NCBI GenBank assembly: GCA_900617105.1
Contig: UYFQ01000001.1
Coordinates: forward strand, 2,480,001-2,544,000
Reading direction: 5' to 3'
Length of the DNA: 64,000 nucleotides
DNA from: Hydrurus foetidus
Lineage: Eukaryota
The first letter of the stretch is position 1. The number at the start of each line of letters is the position of its first letter. Under the pieces are notes generated by a model. That model worked only from the letters and a program-made list of their open reading frames with translations. It was not told where the DNA came from and did not search any database. Positions 1-9,012 of this stretch are shown here, piece after piece. Made by a program: the position numbers and the translations under genes.

Positions 1-52
1 CAATGGGCGTGCGCGTGGCGGCGACGATGTAGGCTTCCTGGATTTGTTTCAT
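1..52 (-). CDS. Acetyl-CoA C-acyltransferase (thiolase), 5' end only; runs off the window
   Basis: ATG at 52 reads MKQIQEAYIVAATRTPI, a typical thiolase N-terminus; follows beta-oxidation genes. Confidence 0.8.
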   Translation of the reverse strand, partial: MKQIQEAYIVAATRTPI

Positions 53-92
53 GGGGTTCCTTTTTCTTAATGTGGATTGGGAGCGGGGATTG

Positions 93-229
93 CCCTCACC
101 CTAGCCTTCTTCCGGGTACGGAAGAGGGGACTGACACGGATTTGGGTTCATCTTGTTCCCTCTCCCGCTTGCGGGAGAGGTTGACATCTTGTTCCCTCTC
201 CCGCTTGCGGGAGAGGGCTAGGGTGAGGG
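93..229. repeat. Cluster of CCCTCACCC/CCCTCTCCC..GGGAGAGGG palindromic repeats
   Basis: Units at 93-129 and 194-229; exact 32-bp direct repeat CATCTTGTTCCCTCTCCCGCTTGCGGGAGAGG at 149-180 and 185-216. Confidence 0.9.
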
Positions 230-602
230 TCTCAGCGGTTTGAAAACTCTTCTCAAGTACGCCATCGATCTGAGTAAAAACATCGTTGTTCCAAAACCGC
301 AAGGTCTGAAAGCCCGAGGAAGCCATATCGCTTTCGCGCTTGATGTCATAGGCGTTGTCAACATGCTGACCACCGTCCAGCTCAATAACCAGGCCGATTT
401 CAAGGCATGCGAAATCCGCAAAGTATGAGCCAATCGGGCGCTGGCGACGAAACTTGAGATTCAATATTTGACGGGCTCGGAGTTTTGACCAGAGCAATGT
501 CTCTGCATCTGTCTGGCCTTGTCTTAGCGCGCGTGCCCTCACCCTAGCCCTCTCCCGCGAGCGGGAGAGGGGATTTACGTCGGGAACGGTGCTTGCTGAC
601 AC
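96..602 (-). CDS. DUF559 / Vsr-like endonuclease-domain protein
   Basis: Motifs TDAETLLWSKLR, KFRRQxPIG, ADF, IELDGGQH, LRFWN; both termini are encoded by palindromic repeats; start uncertain. Confidence 0.8.
   Translation of the reverse strand: MSASTVPDVNPLSRSRERARVRARALRQGQTDAETLLWSKLRARQILNLKFRRQRPIGSYFADFACLEIGLVIELDGGQHVDNAYDIKRESDMASSGFQTLRFWNNDVFTQIDGVLEKSFQTAETLTLALSRKREREQDVNLSRKREREQDEPKSVSVPSSVPGRRLG
536..571. repeat. Palindromic repeat unit, inverted copy of 194-229
   Basis: CCCTCACCCTAGCCCTCTCCCGCGAGCGGGAGAGGG differs by one base from the reverse complement of 194-229. Confidence 0.9.
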
Positions 603-1109
603 TTACTTCCTCGGCCCAGTCGGTATCCACGCCCACACAAATTCACACTCAATCGGCTGGTTGCCCGATTCGTCAGTCACCGTCACAGCCACGGTAACTT
701 CGCCTTTGGTGGTGCTGCGGATCAGCTCGCGCTGCTCGCCTGTCAAAGTGGCCACAGCGCGCATCGCACCCTGGCCGCGCTTTTTAAACTGCACGCGCAT
801 GTCTTTGACGACCGGAATGCAGTCATCACGCACATTCATGCCCATCACCATGCCAGTGGCGGTTTCAGCGGCCAATGTGCTGGCTACGGCATGCACGCCG
901 CCGATGTGGTTACGCACTTTGTGTTGGTTCGCCACAAAGATTTGCACGCTGCTGGTCGACATTTCTTCATAACGTAGCTTGGCCGTACCCGTAAAGGGGA
1001 CGGCACGGCCCAGCACCACACTGCGAAACCACGGGCGCGCAAATGCAGGCACTTCTTGCAGCCGCTCTAGCTGACGCTCCAGGCGATTGGGTGTGTGCTT
1101 AGCCGCCAT
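603..1109 (-). CDS. Hotdog-fold thioesterase-like protein (DUF4442/PaaI-like)
   Basis: NHIGGVHA motif; size and position in a beta-oxidation operon. Confidence 0.75.
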   Translation of the reverse strand: MAAKHTPNRLERQLERLQEVPAFARPWFRSVVLGRAVPFTGTAKLRYEEMSTSSVQIFVANQHKVRNHIGGVHAVASTLAAETATGMVMGMNVRDDCIPVVKDMRVQFKKRGQGAMRAVATLTGEQRELIRSTTKGEVTVAVTVTDESGNQPIECEFVWAWIPTGPRK

Positions 1110-3601
1110 TAGTTTCTGACAGGCTTGCCAGTACTCATCATCCCCATGATCCGCTCCTGCGTTTTCGGGTGCTCAAGCAGCGAGCAAAACGCCTTGCGCT
1201 CCAGCGTCATCAAATACTCTTCGGTCACCAGCGTGCCGTTGTCGACATCACCGCCGCAGACCACGTTGGCGATCAAGCTGGCGATGTGAAAGTCGTGCGC
1301 GCTGATAAAGCCGCCGTCGCGCATGTTGACGAGCTGGCCCTTGATGGTGGCCAGGCCGCTGCGACCCACAACCGGGAAACTGCGCTTAAGTGGCGCTCGG
1401 TAGCCGGAGTCGTACATCGCACGCGCTTCGTTGATGGCGACAAACAGCAGCTCATTGACGTTGGGAACAATCACATCGCTTTCCAGGAGATAGCCCACCT
1501 TGCGGCTGTCAATCGCGCCGGTACCCACGGTGGCCATGGCCGCTGCGGTAAAGCCCTCGATCAAAAACGGCAGCATGTCTTTGTTAGTAGATTTGGCAGC
1601 GTTTTCGGCCGCGCGGCGGGCAATATAGGCCAGGCCGCCCGCGCCGGGCACCAAGCCCACGCCGACTTCAACCAGGCCAATGTAGCTTTCCATTGCAGCA
1701 ACGCGCTTGGCTGAATAAACCGCCATCTCGCAACCACCGCCCAGTGCCAAGCCGCGAATGGCCGACACAACCGGCACAGCGGCGTAACGCATTTTCAGCA
1801 TCACTTTTTGCAGCTCGCCCTCTACCTCATCAATGGCGGCTACGCCGCTCATCATGAAGGCAGGCAGCATGGCTTGCAGGTCAGCACCGGCCGAGAACAT
1901 CTCGTCGTTTGACCAGATGACCATGCCTTTGTAGCTTTTTTCGGCCATGTCAACAGCCAGTGCCAAGCCTTCGGCCACGTCTGGGCTGATGGCGTGCATT
2001 TTGGTTTTGATGCTGGCAATCAGCACGTCATCGTCTAGCGTCCACAGGCGCACGGCGTCGTCTTCATGCAGCGTGGTGCCTGCGGTCGTGAACGAAGGCG
2101 CTTTGGCACCCAACACGTCTTCAGGGAAATGCTGGCGCTCGTACACAGGCAACTTGCGCTTGGGGATGAACTTCTTGGCAGAGGCAGACCACGAGCCTTG
2201 CGGCGTGTGCACACCGCCAGCCTCAGCCACCGGGCCTTTAAAAACCCAATCAGGCAGCGGCGCATTAGATATCGCTTTGCCTGCATCAATGTCTTCCTTG
2301 ATCATGGTCGCCACTTGCAACCAGCCCGCTTCTTGCCACAACTCAAACGGGCCTTGTTTGGCACCAAAACCCCAGCGCATGGCAAAGTCAATGTCGCGGG
2401 CGGTTTCAGCAATGGTTTCCAGATGCACGGCCGCGTAATGAAACTGGTCACGCAAGATGGCCCACAAAAAGCGTGCTTCAGCGCCCTCTGCATTGCGCAA
2501 TAACTTCAAGCGCTCGCCAGCGGGCTTTTTCAGCATGCGGCCGACAACGTCGTTTGACTTGCCACCGCTAGAGACGTATTCCATGCTTTCAGGGTCCAGC
2601 CGCATGATGTCGCGGCCGACCTTTTTGTAAAAGCCAGCGCCAGTCTTTTGGCCCAGGCTTTTTGATTCGAGCAGGCTGGCCAATACGGCTGGTGTGCCGT
2701 ACATGCCTGCAAATGGGTCTGGCGTTTTGTCCTCGCCTTCGCCGAGGTTGTCTTGCAGCGTTTTGATGACGTGCGCCATTGTGTCCAGCCCCACCACGTC
2801 TGCAGTACGGTACGTGCCCGAACTGGCGCGGCCGAGCTTTTTACCCGTCAAATCATCCACCACGTCGTACGTCAAACCGAACGCTTCGGTCTGCTTCATG
2901 ATGGACAGCATGCCGGCAATGCCGACGCGGTTGGCGACAAAGTTAGGCGTGTCGTGCGCGCGGACGACGTTTTTACCCAAGCCGCTGGTGACAAACGCTT
3001 CCAGATCATCCAACACAGCCGCGCCGGTGGTTGGCGTGTTGATCAACTCGACCAGCGTCATGTAGCGCGGCGGGTTGAAAAAGTGAATGCCGCAAAAGCG
3101 CGGCTTGATCGACTCGGGCAGCGCTTCACTGAGCTTCGTAATCGACAGGCCCGAGGTGTTGCTGGCCACAATCGCGCCTTCAGCAATGAACGGCGCTATC
3201 TTGTGATACAGGTCGGTCTTCCAGTCCATGCGCTCGGCAATCGCTTCGATGATCAGGTCGCACTCTTTGAGAACATCCATGTGTTCTTCGTAGTTCGCTC
3301 GCTGAATGAGTGCTGCGTCTTCGGGCACGCCGAGGGGCGCGGGCTTGAGTTTTTTGAGCCCTTCAATGGCGCGCGTAACGATACCGTTTTTCGAGCCCGG
3401 TTCGCCGCCGGGCCGCCCCAAGGCGGAACCAGCCCCCTCGGGGGGCAGCGACGCACGCGCAGCGGCGAGCGTGGGGGCCTTGTTATCGGCCAAATCAAAC
3501 AACACCACCGGGATTTTGCAATTGACCAAGTGCGCAGCAATTTGCGCACCCATCACCCCTGCGCCTAAAACAGCGACTTTTTTAACCAAAAAACGTGACA
3601 T
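1109..3601 (-). CDS. 3-hydroxyacyl-CoA dehydrogenase / enoyl-CoA hydratase multifunctional protein
   Basis: GAGVMG Rossmann motif, EAIAE, SNTSGL, HFFNPP; C-terminal crotonase domain FSAGADL, ALGGGCE. Confidence 0.93.
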   Translation of the reverse strand: MSRFLVKKVAVLGAGVMGAQIAAHLVNCKIPVVLFDLADNKAPTLAAARASLPPEGAGSALGRPGGEPGSKNGIVTRAIEGLKKLKPAPLGVPEDAALIQRANYEEHMDVLKECDLIIEAIAERMDWKTDLYHKIAPFIAEGAIVASNTSGLSITKLSEALPESIKPRFCGIHFFNPPRYMTLVELINTPTTGAAVLDDLEAFVTSGLGKNVVRAHDTPNFVANRVGIAGMLSIMKQTEAFGLTYDVVDDLTGKKLGRASSGTYRTADVVGLDTMAHVIKTLQDNLGEGEDKTPDPFAGMYGTPAVLASLLESKSLGQKTGAGFYKKVGRDIMRLDPESMEYVSSGGKSNDVVGRMLKKPAGERLKLLRNAEGAEARFLWAILRDQFHYAAVHLETIAETARDIDFAMRWGFGAKQGPFELWQEAGWLQVATMIKEDIDAGKAISNAPLPDWVFKGPVAEAGGVHTPQGSWSASAKKFIPKRKLPVYERQHFPEDVLGAKAPSFTTAGTTLHEDDAVRLWTLDDDVLIASIKTKMHAISPDVAEGLALAVDMAEKSYKGMVIWSNDEMFSAGADLQAMLPAFMMSGVAAIDEVEGELQKVMLKMRYAAVPVVSAIRGLALGGGCEMAVYSAKRVAAMESYIGLVEVGVGLVPGAGGLAYIARRAAENAAKSTNKDMLPFLIEGFTAAAMATVGTGAIDSRKVGYLLESDVIVPNVNELLFVAINEARAMYDSGYRAPLKRSFPVVGRSGLATIKGQLVNMRDGGFISAHDFHIASLIANVVCGGDVDNGTLVTEEYLMTLERKAFCSLLEHPKTQERIMGMMSTGKPVRN
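3402..3479 (-). repeat. GC-rich miniature element inserted in-frame in the hydroxyacyl-CoA dehydrogenase gene
   Basis: Extra peptide APTLAAARASLPPEGAGSALGRPGGE right after Rossmann beta-2; internal hairpin GCCCCCTCGGGGGGC; boundaries approximate. Confidence 0.65.
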
Positions 3602-3638
3602 GATTTTCTTTCTTGTGAAGTCAATTCAGCCGACTTGA

Positions 3639-4157
3639 CTATTGAATACGAATCCAGGTTTGTGTGCGCCAAAACGGCCCCATCGAGCCGCGCACTTCAA
3701 GCTTGCTGCCGCCTTCAATCAGCGTCAGGCGCAGCGTGTAGGTTTTGCCGTTGTCGGGGTCCAAAATTTTGCCGCCCGTCCAGACTTCTTTGTCGTCTGC
3801 CTTGTCTGCTCTTTCAACCTTTGCCGCGCCGCGAATGATTTCCATGCCCAGCTTGGGCTTGTCTTTGCGGTCGTCAGTACACAGCGTGCAATTTAGCTCG
3901 CGTGGCACGACCAAAGGCCGTTGAACAAAGCCGGTCAGCACGCCAGCGGGGCTGGCAGTGATGCGAATCTCGGCCATGGATTGGCCAGTTTTGTCGTCGA
4001 CGGTGCGCCACAACCCCACTGGAGACACCACACTGGCGTGCGCCGCTACGACCGATACAGCGGTCGCTGCCAACAAGACATTAGCTGCTATGCATACAGG
4101 AGCTGCTCGCGCCCGTATTAATTGGGCAAAAACACTAAAACGCTTCAATCTAAGCAT
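3639..4157 (-). CDS. DUF2147 family exported protein
   Basis: SPVGLWRTVDD, CTLC, GGKILDPDNGKTY, LEVRG, RTQTW motifs; signal-like N-terminus. Confidence 0.85.
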   Translation of the reverse strand: MLRLKRFSVFAQLIRARAAPVCIAANVLLAATAVSVVAAHASVVSPVGLWRTVDDKTGQSMAEIRITASPAGVLTGFVQRPLVVPRELNCTLCTDDRKDKPKLGMEIIRGAAKVERADKADDKEVWTGGKILDPDNGKTYTLRLTLIEGGSKLEVRGSMGPFWRTQTWIRIQ

Positions 4158-5953
4158 CAAGCCAGCGCTTCGTCAGTTTCCATCAGTGACTTGGCGCCGC
4201 TGCGCGCGGTGCGCATCAGCGTTGCTGTTTCAGGCAGTAGTTTGGCAAAGTAAAAGCGTGCGGTTTGCAGCTTGGCGATGTAGAACTTGTCGGGATTCCC
4301 AGCTGCAATCTCACGCAGCGCGACTTGCGCCATGCGCGCCCAGAAGTAGCCAAACACCAAATGCCCTGCTACGCGCAAATAATCAACTGCCGCAGCGCCT
4401 ACCTCGTCGGGGTTTTGAAAGCCTTTAAATCCGATTTCAGTCGTGAACTTGGTCATCTGCTCGGCCAGCACGGCCAGCGGGTTAATGAACTCGGCCATCT
4501 TTTCGTTGACGCCTTCCTCGGCCACCAGCGCGCCGATGAGTTTGCCGAATTTCTTCAGCGTTGCGCCGTTGTTGCTCAAGATTTTGCGACCCAGCAAGTC
4601 GAGTGACTGAATGGTGTTGGTGCCTTCGTAAATCATGTTGATGCGGTTATCACGCACAAACTGCTCCATGCCCCATTCCTTGACATAACCGTGGCCGCCA
4701 AACACCTGCAGGCAGGCGCTGGTGGCTATGTGGCCATTGTCGGTGATAAAGGCTTTTACAATCGGTGTCAGCAGCGAGAGGATTTCGCCGCTTTCTTTGC
4801 GCACGGCTTCATCTGGGTGCTCCATCTCTTTGTCTAGCAGCACCGCGCAGTAGGTAGCCAGTGCGCGGCCACCTTCGGCGTAGGCCTTGGCGGTCAGCAG
4901 CATTTTGCGCACATCAGGGTGCACGATGATCGGGTCGGCGGCTTTGTCTTTAGCTTTAACGCCCGACAGCGAGCGCATTTGAATGCGGTCTTTGGCATAG
5001 GCCAATGCGTTTTGGTACGCCACTTCGGTCAAGCCCAAAGACTGGTTGCCCACGCCAAGGCGGGCGGCGTTCATCATCACAAACATGCCCTGCATGCCTT
5101 TGTTGGGCGCGCCGACCATAGTGCCAATAGCGCCATCTAAAACGATTTGCGCCGTGGCGTTGCCGTGGATGCCCATTTTGTGCTCAAGGCCGCCGCAATA
5201 AATGCCATTGCGCTCGCCCAAAGTTCCATCTGCCTTGACGTGGAACTTGGGCACGATGAACAGGCTGACGCCCTTGATGCCGGGGGGCGCATCGCTCAAC
5301 CGGGCCAGCACCAAATGAATGATGTTGCCGGCCAGGTCGTGCTCACCTGCGCTGATGAAAATTTTGTTGCCGGTGATTTTGTAAGTGCCGTCAGGCAGGG
5401 CCTCGGCCTTGGTGCGCATCAGGCCCAGGTCGGTGCCGCAATGCGGCTCGGTCAGGCACATGGTGCCGGTCCATTCGCCGCTGGTCATTTTGTGAAGGTA
5501 GGTTTGCTTTTGCTCTTCGGTGCCGTGGCTGTGCAGTGCGGCGTGTGCGCCGTGCGTAAGGCCGGGGTACATGGTCCAGGCCTGGTTGGTGCTGTTCAGC
5601 ATTTCATAAAAGCACTGGTTGATGACAAGCGGCAAGCCCTGGCCGCCGTAAGCCGGGTCACCACTGAGTGCGGGCCAGCCGCCTTCAACGTACTTGGCAT
5701 ACGCTTCTTTAAAGCCCTTGGGTGTGGTGACGGCGTGGGTTTTGATGTCTAGCGTGCAGCCTTCTGAGTCGCCGCTGATGTTGAGCGGCAAGATCACTTC
5801 AGTCGCAAACTTGGCGCCTTCTTCGAGCACCGCGTTGATGGTGTCGATGTCCGCGTCAGCGTACTTGGCCATCGGTTTGAGTTCTTCGGTGACCCTGAGC
5901 ACTTCGTGCATCACAAATTGCATGTCGCGAATGGGGGCGTTGTAGATGGGCAT
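4157..5953 (-). CDS. Acyl-CoA dehydrogenase
   Basis: GTMCLTEPHCGTDL, GNKIFIS, KMGIHG, GGHGY, IYEGTN motifs. Confidence 0.95.
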   Translation of the reverse strand: MPIYNAPIRDMQFVMHEVLRVTEELKPMAKYADADIDTINAVLEEGAKFATEVILPLNISGDSEGCTLDIKTHAVTTPKGFKEAYAKYVEGGWPALSGDPAYGGQGLPLVINQCFYEMLNSTNQAWTMYPGLTHGAHAALHSHGTEEQKQTYLHKMTSGEWTGTMCLTEPHCGTDLGLMRTKAEALPDGTYKITGNKIFISAGEHDLAGNIIHLVLARLSDAPPGIKGVSLFIVPKFHVKADGTLGERNGIYCGGLEHKMGIHGNATAQIVLDGAIGTMVGAPNKGMQGMFVMMNAARLGVGNQSLGLTEVAYQNALAYAKDRIQMRSLSGVKAKDKAADPIIVHPDVRKMLLTAKAYAEGGRALATYCAVLLDKEMEHPDEAVRKESGEILSLLTPIVKAFITDNGHIATSACLQVFGGHGYVKEWGMEQFVRDNRINMIYEGTNTIQSLDLLGRKILSNNGATLKKFGKLIGALVAEEGVNEKMAEFINPLAVLAEQMTKFTTEIGFKGFQNPDEVGAAAVDYLRVAGHLVFGYFWARMAQVALREIAAGNPDKFYIAKLQTARFYFAKLLPETATLMRTARSGAKSLMETDEALA

Positions 5954-5995
5954 AAATCAGCTCCTGAAAAGATAAAAAGTAAAAGATAAAACAAG

Positions 5996-6667
5996 TTACT
6001 GCGCGCTTCCGTAGCGCGCAAGAATGTTGGCAAAACCGGTGTTGGCCCGGGCAACTGAGCCAGGCGTTTTTAAAAAACGTGCTTCGTAGTGCAGCGCCAA
6101 AATCAAGCCGTGGATTTCAAACGCCATCTGGTGCGGGTCAGCATTGGCGCGCAAATGGCCGGCTTCTTGCGCCTGCACCAGCGACCTGAAAATTGCCGCC
6201 AGCCAGGTTTTGACTGAGCCTGCCAGCGCGTCGCGCACCGGGCCGGGCCGGTCGTCAAACTCAACCGCGCCGCTGATGAACAGGCAGCCTGAATCAATTT
6301 CAACCGAGGTGCGGCGCATCCAGTTTTGAAACAACAACTGAAGGCGCGGCAGGCCGCGCACTTCGTCAAGTGCGGGGTAAAAAACTTCTTCTTCAAAACG
6401 CGCAAAGTATTCGCGAATGACTGATATTTGCAGCTCTTCACGCGAGCCAAAGTGGGCAAACACGCCCGACTTGCTCATGCGCATCACTTCAGCTAGGGCC
6501 CCAATGCTCAGGCCTTCAAGGCCAATTTGCGTGGCCAGGCCAAGTGCGGCATCGACAATCGCTGCCTTGGTTTGCTGGCCTTTATGCTGAATTTTTTGCA
6601 GGGCAACGCCGTTGGCAGGTACGCCAGCGCTGCGGTCGGCTTTGGTAGAGAGTTCCAGAACAGTCAT
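5996..6667 (-). CDS. TetR-family regulator of the fatty-acid degradation operon (FadP-like)
   Basis: TetR HTH GLEGLSIGALA..MSKSGVFAHFGSRE; heads the fad operon; ATG at 6667 preferred. Confidence 0.85.
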   Translation of the reverse strand: MTVLELSTKADRSAGVPANGVALQKIQHKGQQTKAAIVDAALGLATQIGLEGLSIGALAEVMRMSKSGVFAHFGSREELQISVIREYFARFEEEVFYPALDEVRGLPRLQLLFQNWMRRTSVEIDSGCLFISGAVEFDDRPGPVRDALAGSVKTWLAAIFRSLVQAQEAGHLRANADPHQMAFEIHGLILALHYEARFLKTPGSVARANTGFANILARYGSAQ

Positions 6668-6708
6668 GTTGAGGTTGTCGGCTGTCGAGTCAAAAAGCAA
6701 TTTTAAAA

Positions 6709-6732
6709 TAAAACGAACGGTCGTGCTATTTT
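6709..6732. promoter_or_regulatory. Probable TetR (FadP-type) operator
   Basis: Imperfect palindrome TAAAACGAACGGTCGTGCTATTTT just upstream of the TetR gene; resembles from memory the Burkholderiales FadP motif. Confidence 0.55.
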
Positions 6733-6836
6733 GCAGCAATTTGACATTCGGCACTGCTTTGATGTTCGCAATTGCGCTGTCTAGACTCGGCTATCAGGAT
6801 TGTCTGCGGGAAAACCCTTGCCTCACTAACGGGTCG

Positions 6837-7979
6837 TCAGGCGTCCAGCTCATTGAGCCACGTTGCGGCCGCCCTGATTTGCACCCGCCCGTGGTCCTGC
6901 TCGTGGCGCAGATTTCGCACTGCTTGTACGGCTTGCGCATGCGTCCACTGCTCGGCAAAGCGCTTTAGGGCGGTGTGCGGTTTGCTGTCGCTCAGTTTGC
7001 ATTCGATCAGGTGCGTCAGCGTGTCGCCTTCGGGCGCTTTGTGACTCAGGCAAAAGTCAACTTCGGCGCCGTCTTTGGTACGCACGTAATGCAAATCTAC
7101 CTCTTTGCCTTTGGCGTCTTGCTGCCAGTGCACGTGCTTGAGCAAATGGCAGGCCACCAGATTCTCAAACCGGATGCCCTCGTCACCCTGCACAAGGCCG
7201 GTGTCAAAAAAGTAAACCTTGGGCGCCTGCAAAGTAGCGCGTGCAATGTTGTGGTGCCAGGGGCGCACGACGAAAACAATGTACAGCGCCTCCAGAATGT
7301 CAAGATAGCGCTTCAAGGTGATGGGCGATACATGCAGGTCGCGTGCCATTGACGCAAGTGACAGTGGCGAGCCCACGCGCTGGCGCAGCATATCGGCAAA
7401 CAGGCGCATCGCCGTCAACTCATGCAGACGCGAAAACTCCAGTACATCATTGCGAATCAGCCCATCGAAATACTGACGGCGCCAGCGTTGCGCATCCTCG
7501 TCCGTCTCGGCCAGGCACGGCTCTGGGAAACCACCGCGCTCAAGCAAATGGGTCAACGCATCGGCTGGCTGTAAGCCCGTCTGCTCGCACCATTCCCGCG
7601 TTGAGACCGGGTGCAGCCGCCACGCCAGGAAGCGCCCGGCCAGCGACTCGCCCGCCTGGCGAAAGGTGTCAAGTCGTGCGCTGCCCGTCACCAGCAACTG
7701 CTGCCCGTCGGGCTTGCCGTCAACGACCCCTTTTAGCCAGGGCTTCCAGCCGGGCATTTTGTGGATTTCATCGAGCACCAACAGCTTGGTTTGGGCGCGC
7801 CAGCCTTGACGCAAAATCACGGCCCGGTCACCGGCCACGTCGTAGTTGAGGTACTGACCCGGCGCGTCTGCCAGCAACAGTTGGCTCAGCGTGGTTTTAC
7901 CCACTTGGCGAGCCCCCGTGACAAACACCATTTTTTTGGTGAGATCACGCTTGATAAGATCATCTAGATAACGTTTCAT
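6837..7979 (-). CDS. AAA_14 ATPase + wHTH + DUF4143 / PD-(D/E)xK-like protein
   Basis: Walker A GARQVGKT, Walker B LVLDEIH, VTGS, GESLAGR, GGFPE, KVYFFDTG, FENLV, EVDF..IECK. Confidence 0.88.
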   Translation of the reverse strand: MKRYLDDLIKRDLTKKMVFVTGARQVGKTTLSQLLLADAPGQYLNYDVAGDRAVILRQGWRAQTKLLVLDEIHKMPGWKPWLKGVVDGKPDGQQLLVTGSARLDTFRQAGESLAGRFLAWRLHPVSTREWCEQTGLQPADALTHLLERGGFPEPCLAETDEDAQRWRRQYFDGLIRNDVLEFSRLHELTAMRLFADMLRQRVGSPLSLASMARDLHVSPITLKRYLDILEALYIVFVVRPWHHNIARATLQAPKVYFFDTGLVQGDEGIRFENLVACHLLKHVHWQQDAKGKEVDLHYVRTKDGAEVDFCLSHKAPEGDTLTHLIECKLSDSKPHTALKRFAEQWTHAQAVQAVRNLRHEQDHGRVQIRAAATWLNELDA

Positions 7980-7993
7980 GCGATTATTTTATA

Positions 7994-8031
7994 GCTTAAT
8001 ATCAAAAAGTCGCGACTTTTTGATATTAAGC
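7994..8031. promoter_or_regulatory. Perfect 38-bp palindrome upstream of the ATPase gene
   Basis: GCTTAATATCAAAAAGTCG|CGACTTTTTGATATTAAGC, no loop, 15 bp from the ATG; function inferred. Confidence 0.7.
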
Positions 8032-8047
8032 ATTCGGAAAGGCGCAA

Positions 8048-8914
8048 TCAACCCTTTTTACACGCCACCACAACCTGCCGCTGCTCACCCAGCCCGTCGA
8101 TCCCCAGGGTCATCACATCACCCTTTTTCACGTACAGCGGCGCTGGCTTACCGTCCTGTTTGAAGCCCATGCCCACGCCCGGTGGCGTGCCGGTGGTGAT
8201 GATGTCGCCCGGCTCCAGCGTCATGAACTGACTGACGTAGCTGATGATTTTGGCCACGCTGAAAATCATGGTTTTGGTGTTGCCGGTTTGCATGCGCTGG
8301 CCGTTCAGGTCGAGCCACATGCCGAGCTTTTGCGGGTTCGGCACTTCATCGCGTGTGACCAGGTACGGGCCAATTGGCCCGAACGTGTCGCAGCCCTTGC
8401 CCTTGTCCCAGGTGCCGCCGCGCTCGATTTGAAATTCACGCTCGCTCACGTCGTTGATCGTGCAATAACCCGCCACGTAGCCAAGCGCGTCTTTTTGCGA
8501 AACGTAGCTGGCGCGTTTGCCAATAACGACGCCTAGCTCGACTTCCCAGTCGGTTTTAACCGAGCCTCTGGGCAGCATCACCGCATCATTCGGGCCCTGA
8601 ATGCAACTGGTTGCCTTCATGAACACGATGGGCTCTTTGGGGATGGGCAAGCCAGCTTCGGCCGCGTGGTCGGCGTAGTTCAAGCCAATGGCGATGAACT
8701 TGGGCGTGCCGGTTACGGGGCAACCCATGCGCGGCTTGCCTTTGACGAGCGGTAGCTGGTCGGTTTTGATTTTGCGCAGCTTGGCTAACGCCGCATCACC
8801 GAGCTGGGCCGGGCCGATGTCGGGGAGGTGCGCGCTCAAATCGCGCAGCCTGCCCTCCGCGTCGATCAGGCCGGGCTTTTCTTTACCGGGGTTGCCGTAG
8901 CGGACGAGTTTCAT
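8048..8914 (-). CDS. Fumarylacetoacetate hydrolase family protein
   Basis: IGLNYADHA, DWEVELG, NDVSER, KGKGCDTFGP, TGTPPGVG. Confidence 0.92.
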   Translation of the reverse strand: MKLVRYGNPGKEKPGLIDAEGRLRDLSAHLPDIGPAQLGDAALAKLRKIKTDQLPLVKGKPRMGCPVTGTPKFIAIGLNYADHAAEAGLPIPKEPIVFMKATSCIQGPNDAVMLPRGSVKTDWEVELGVVIGKRASYVSQKDALGYVAGYCTINDVSEREFQIERGGTWDKGKGCDTFGPIGPYLVTRDEVPNPQKLGMWLDLNGQRMQTGNTKTMIFSVAKIISYVSQFMTLEPGDIITTGTPPGVGMGFKQDGKPAPLYVKKGDVMTLGIDGLGEQRQVVVACKKG

Positions 8915-9012
8915 CGAAATTCCTTTGTGGGCGGTTTGCTAAACGCGCCATTGCGTTGCGTCAGGTGGCGTACGATGGGCGGCTTGATTCCACCGCTGAT
9001 TGTAATGAAGTA

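Noticed and set aside
93..229. Possible CRISPR array
   Set aside because: Only two direct copies separated by 4 bp, no unique spacers and no cas genes; these are palindromic REP-like units
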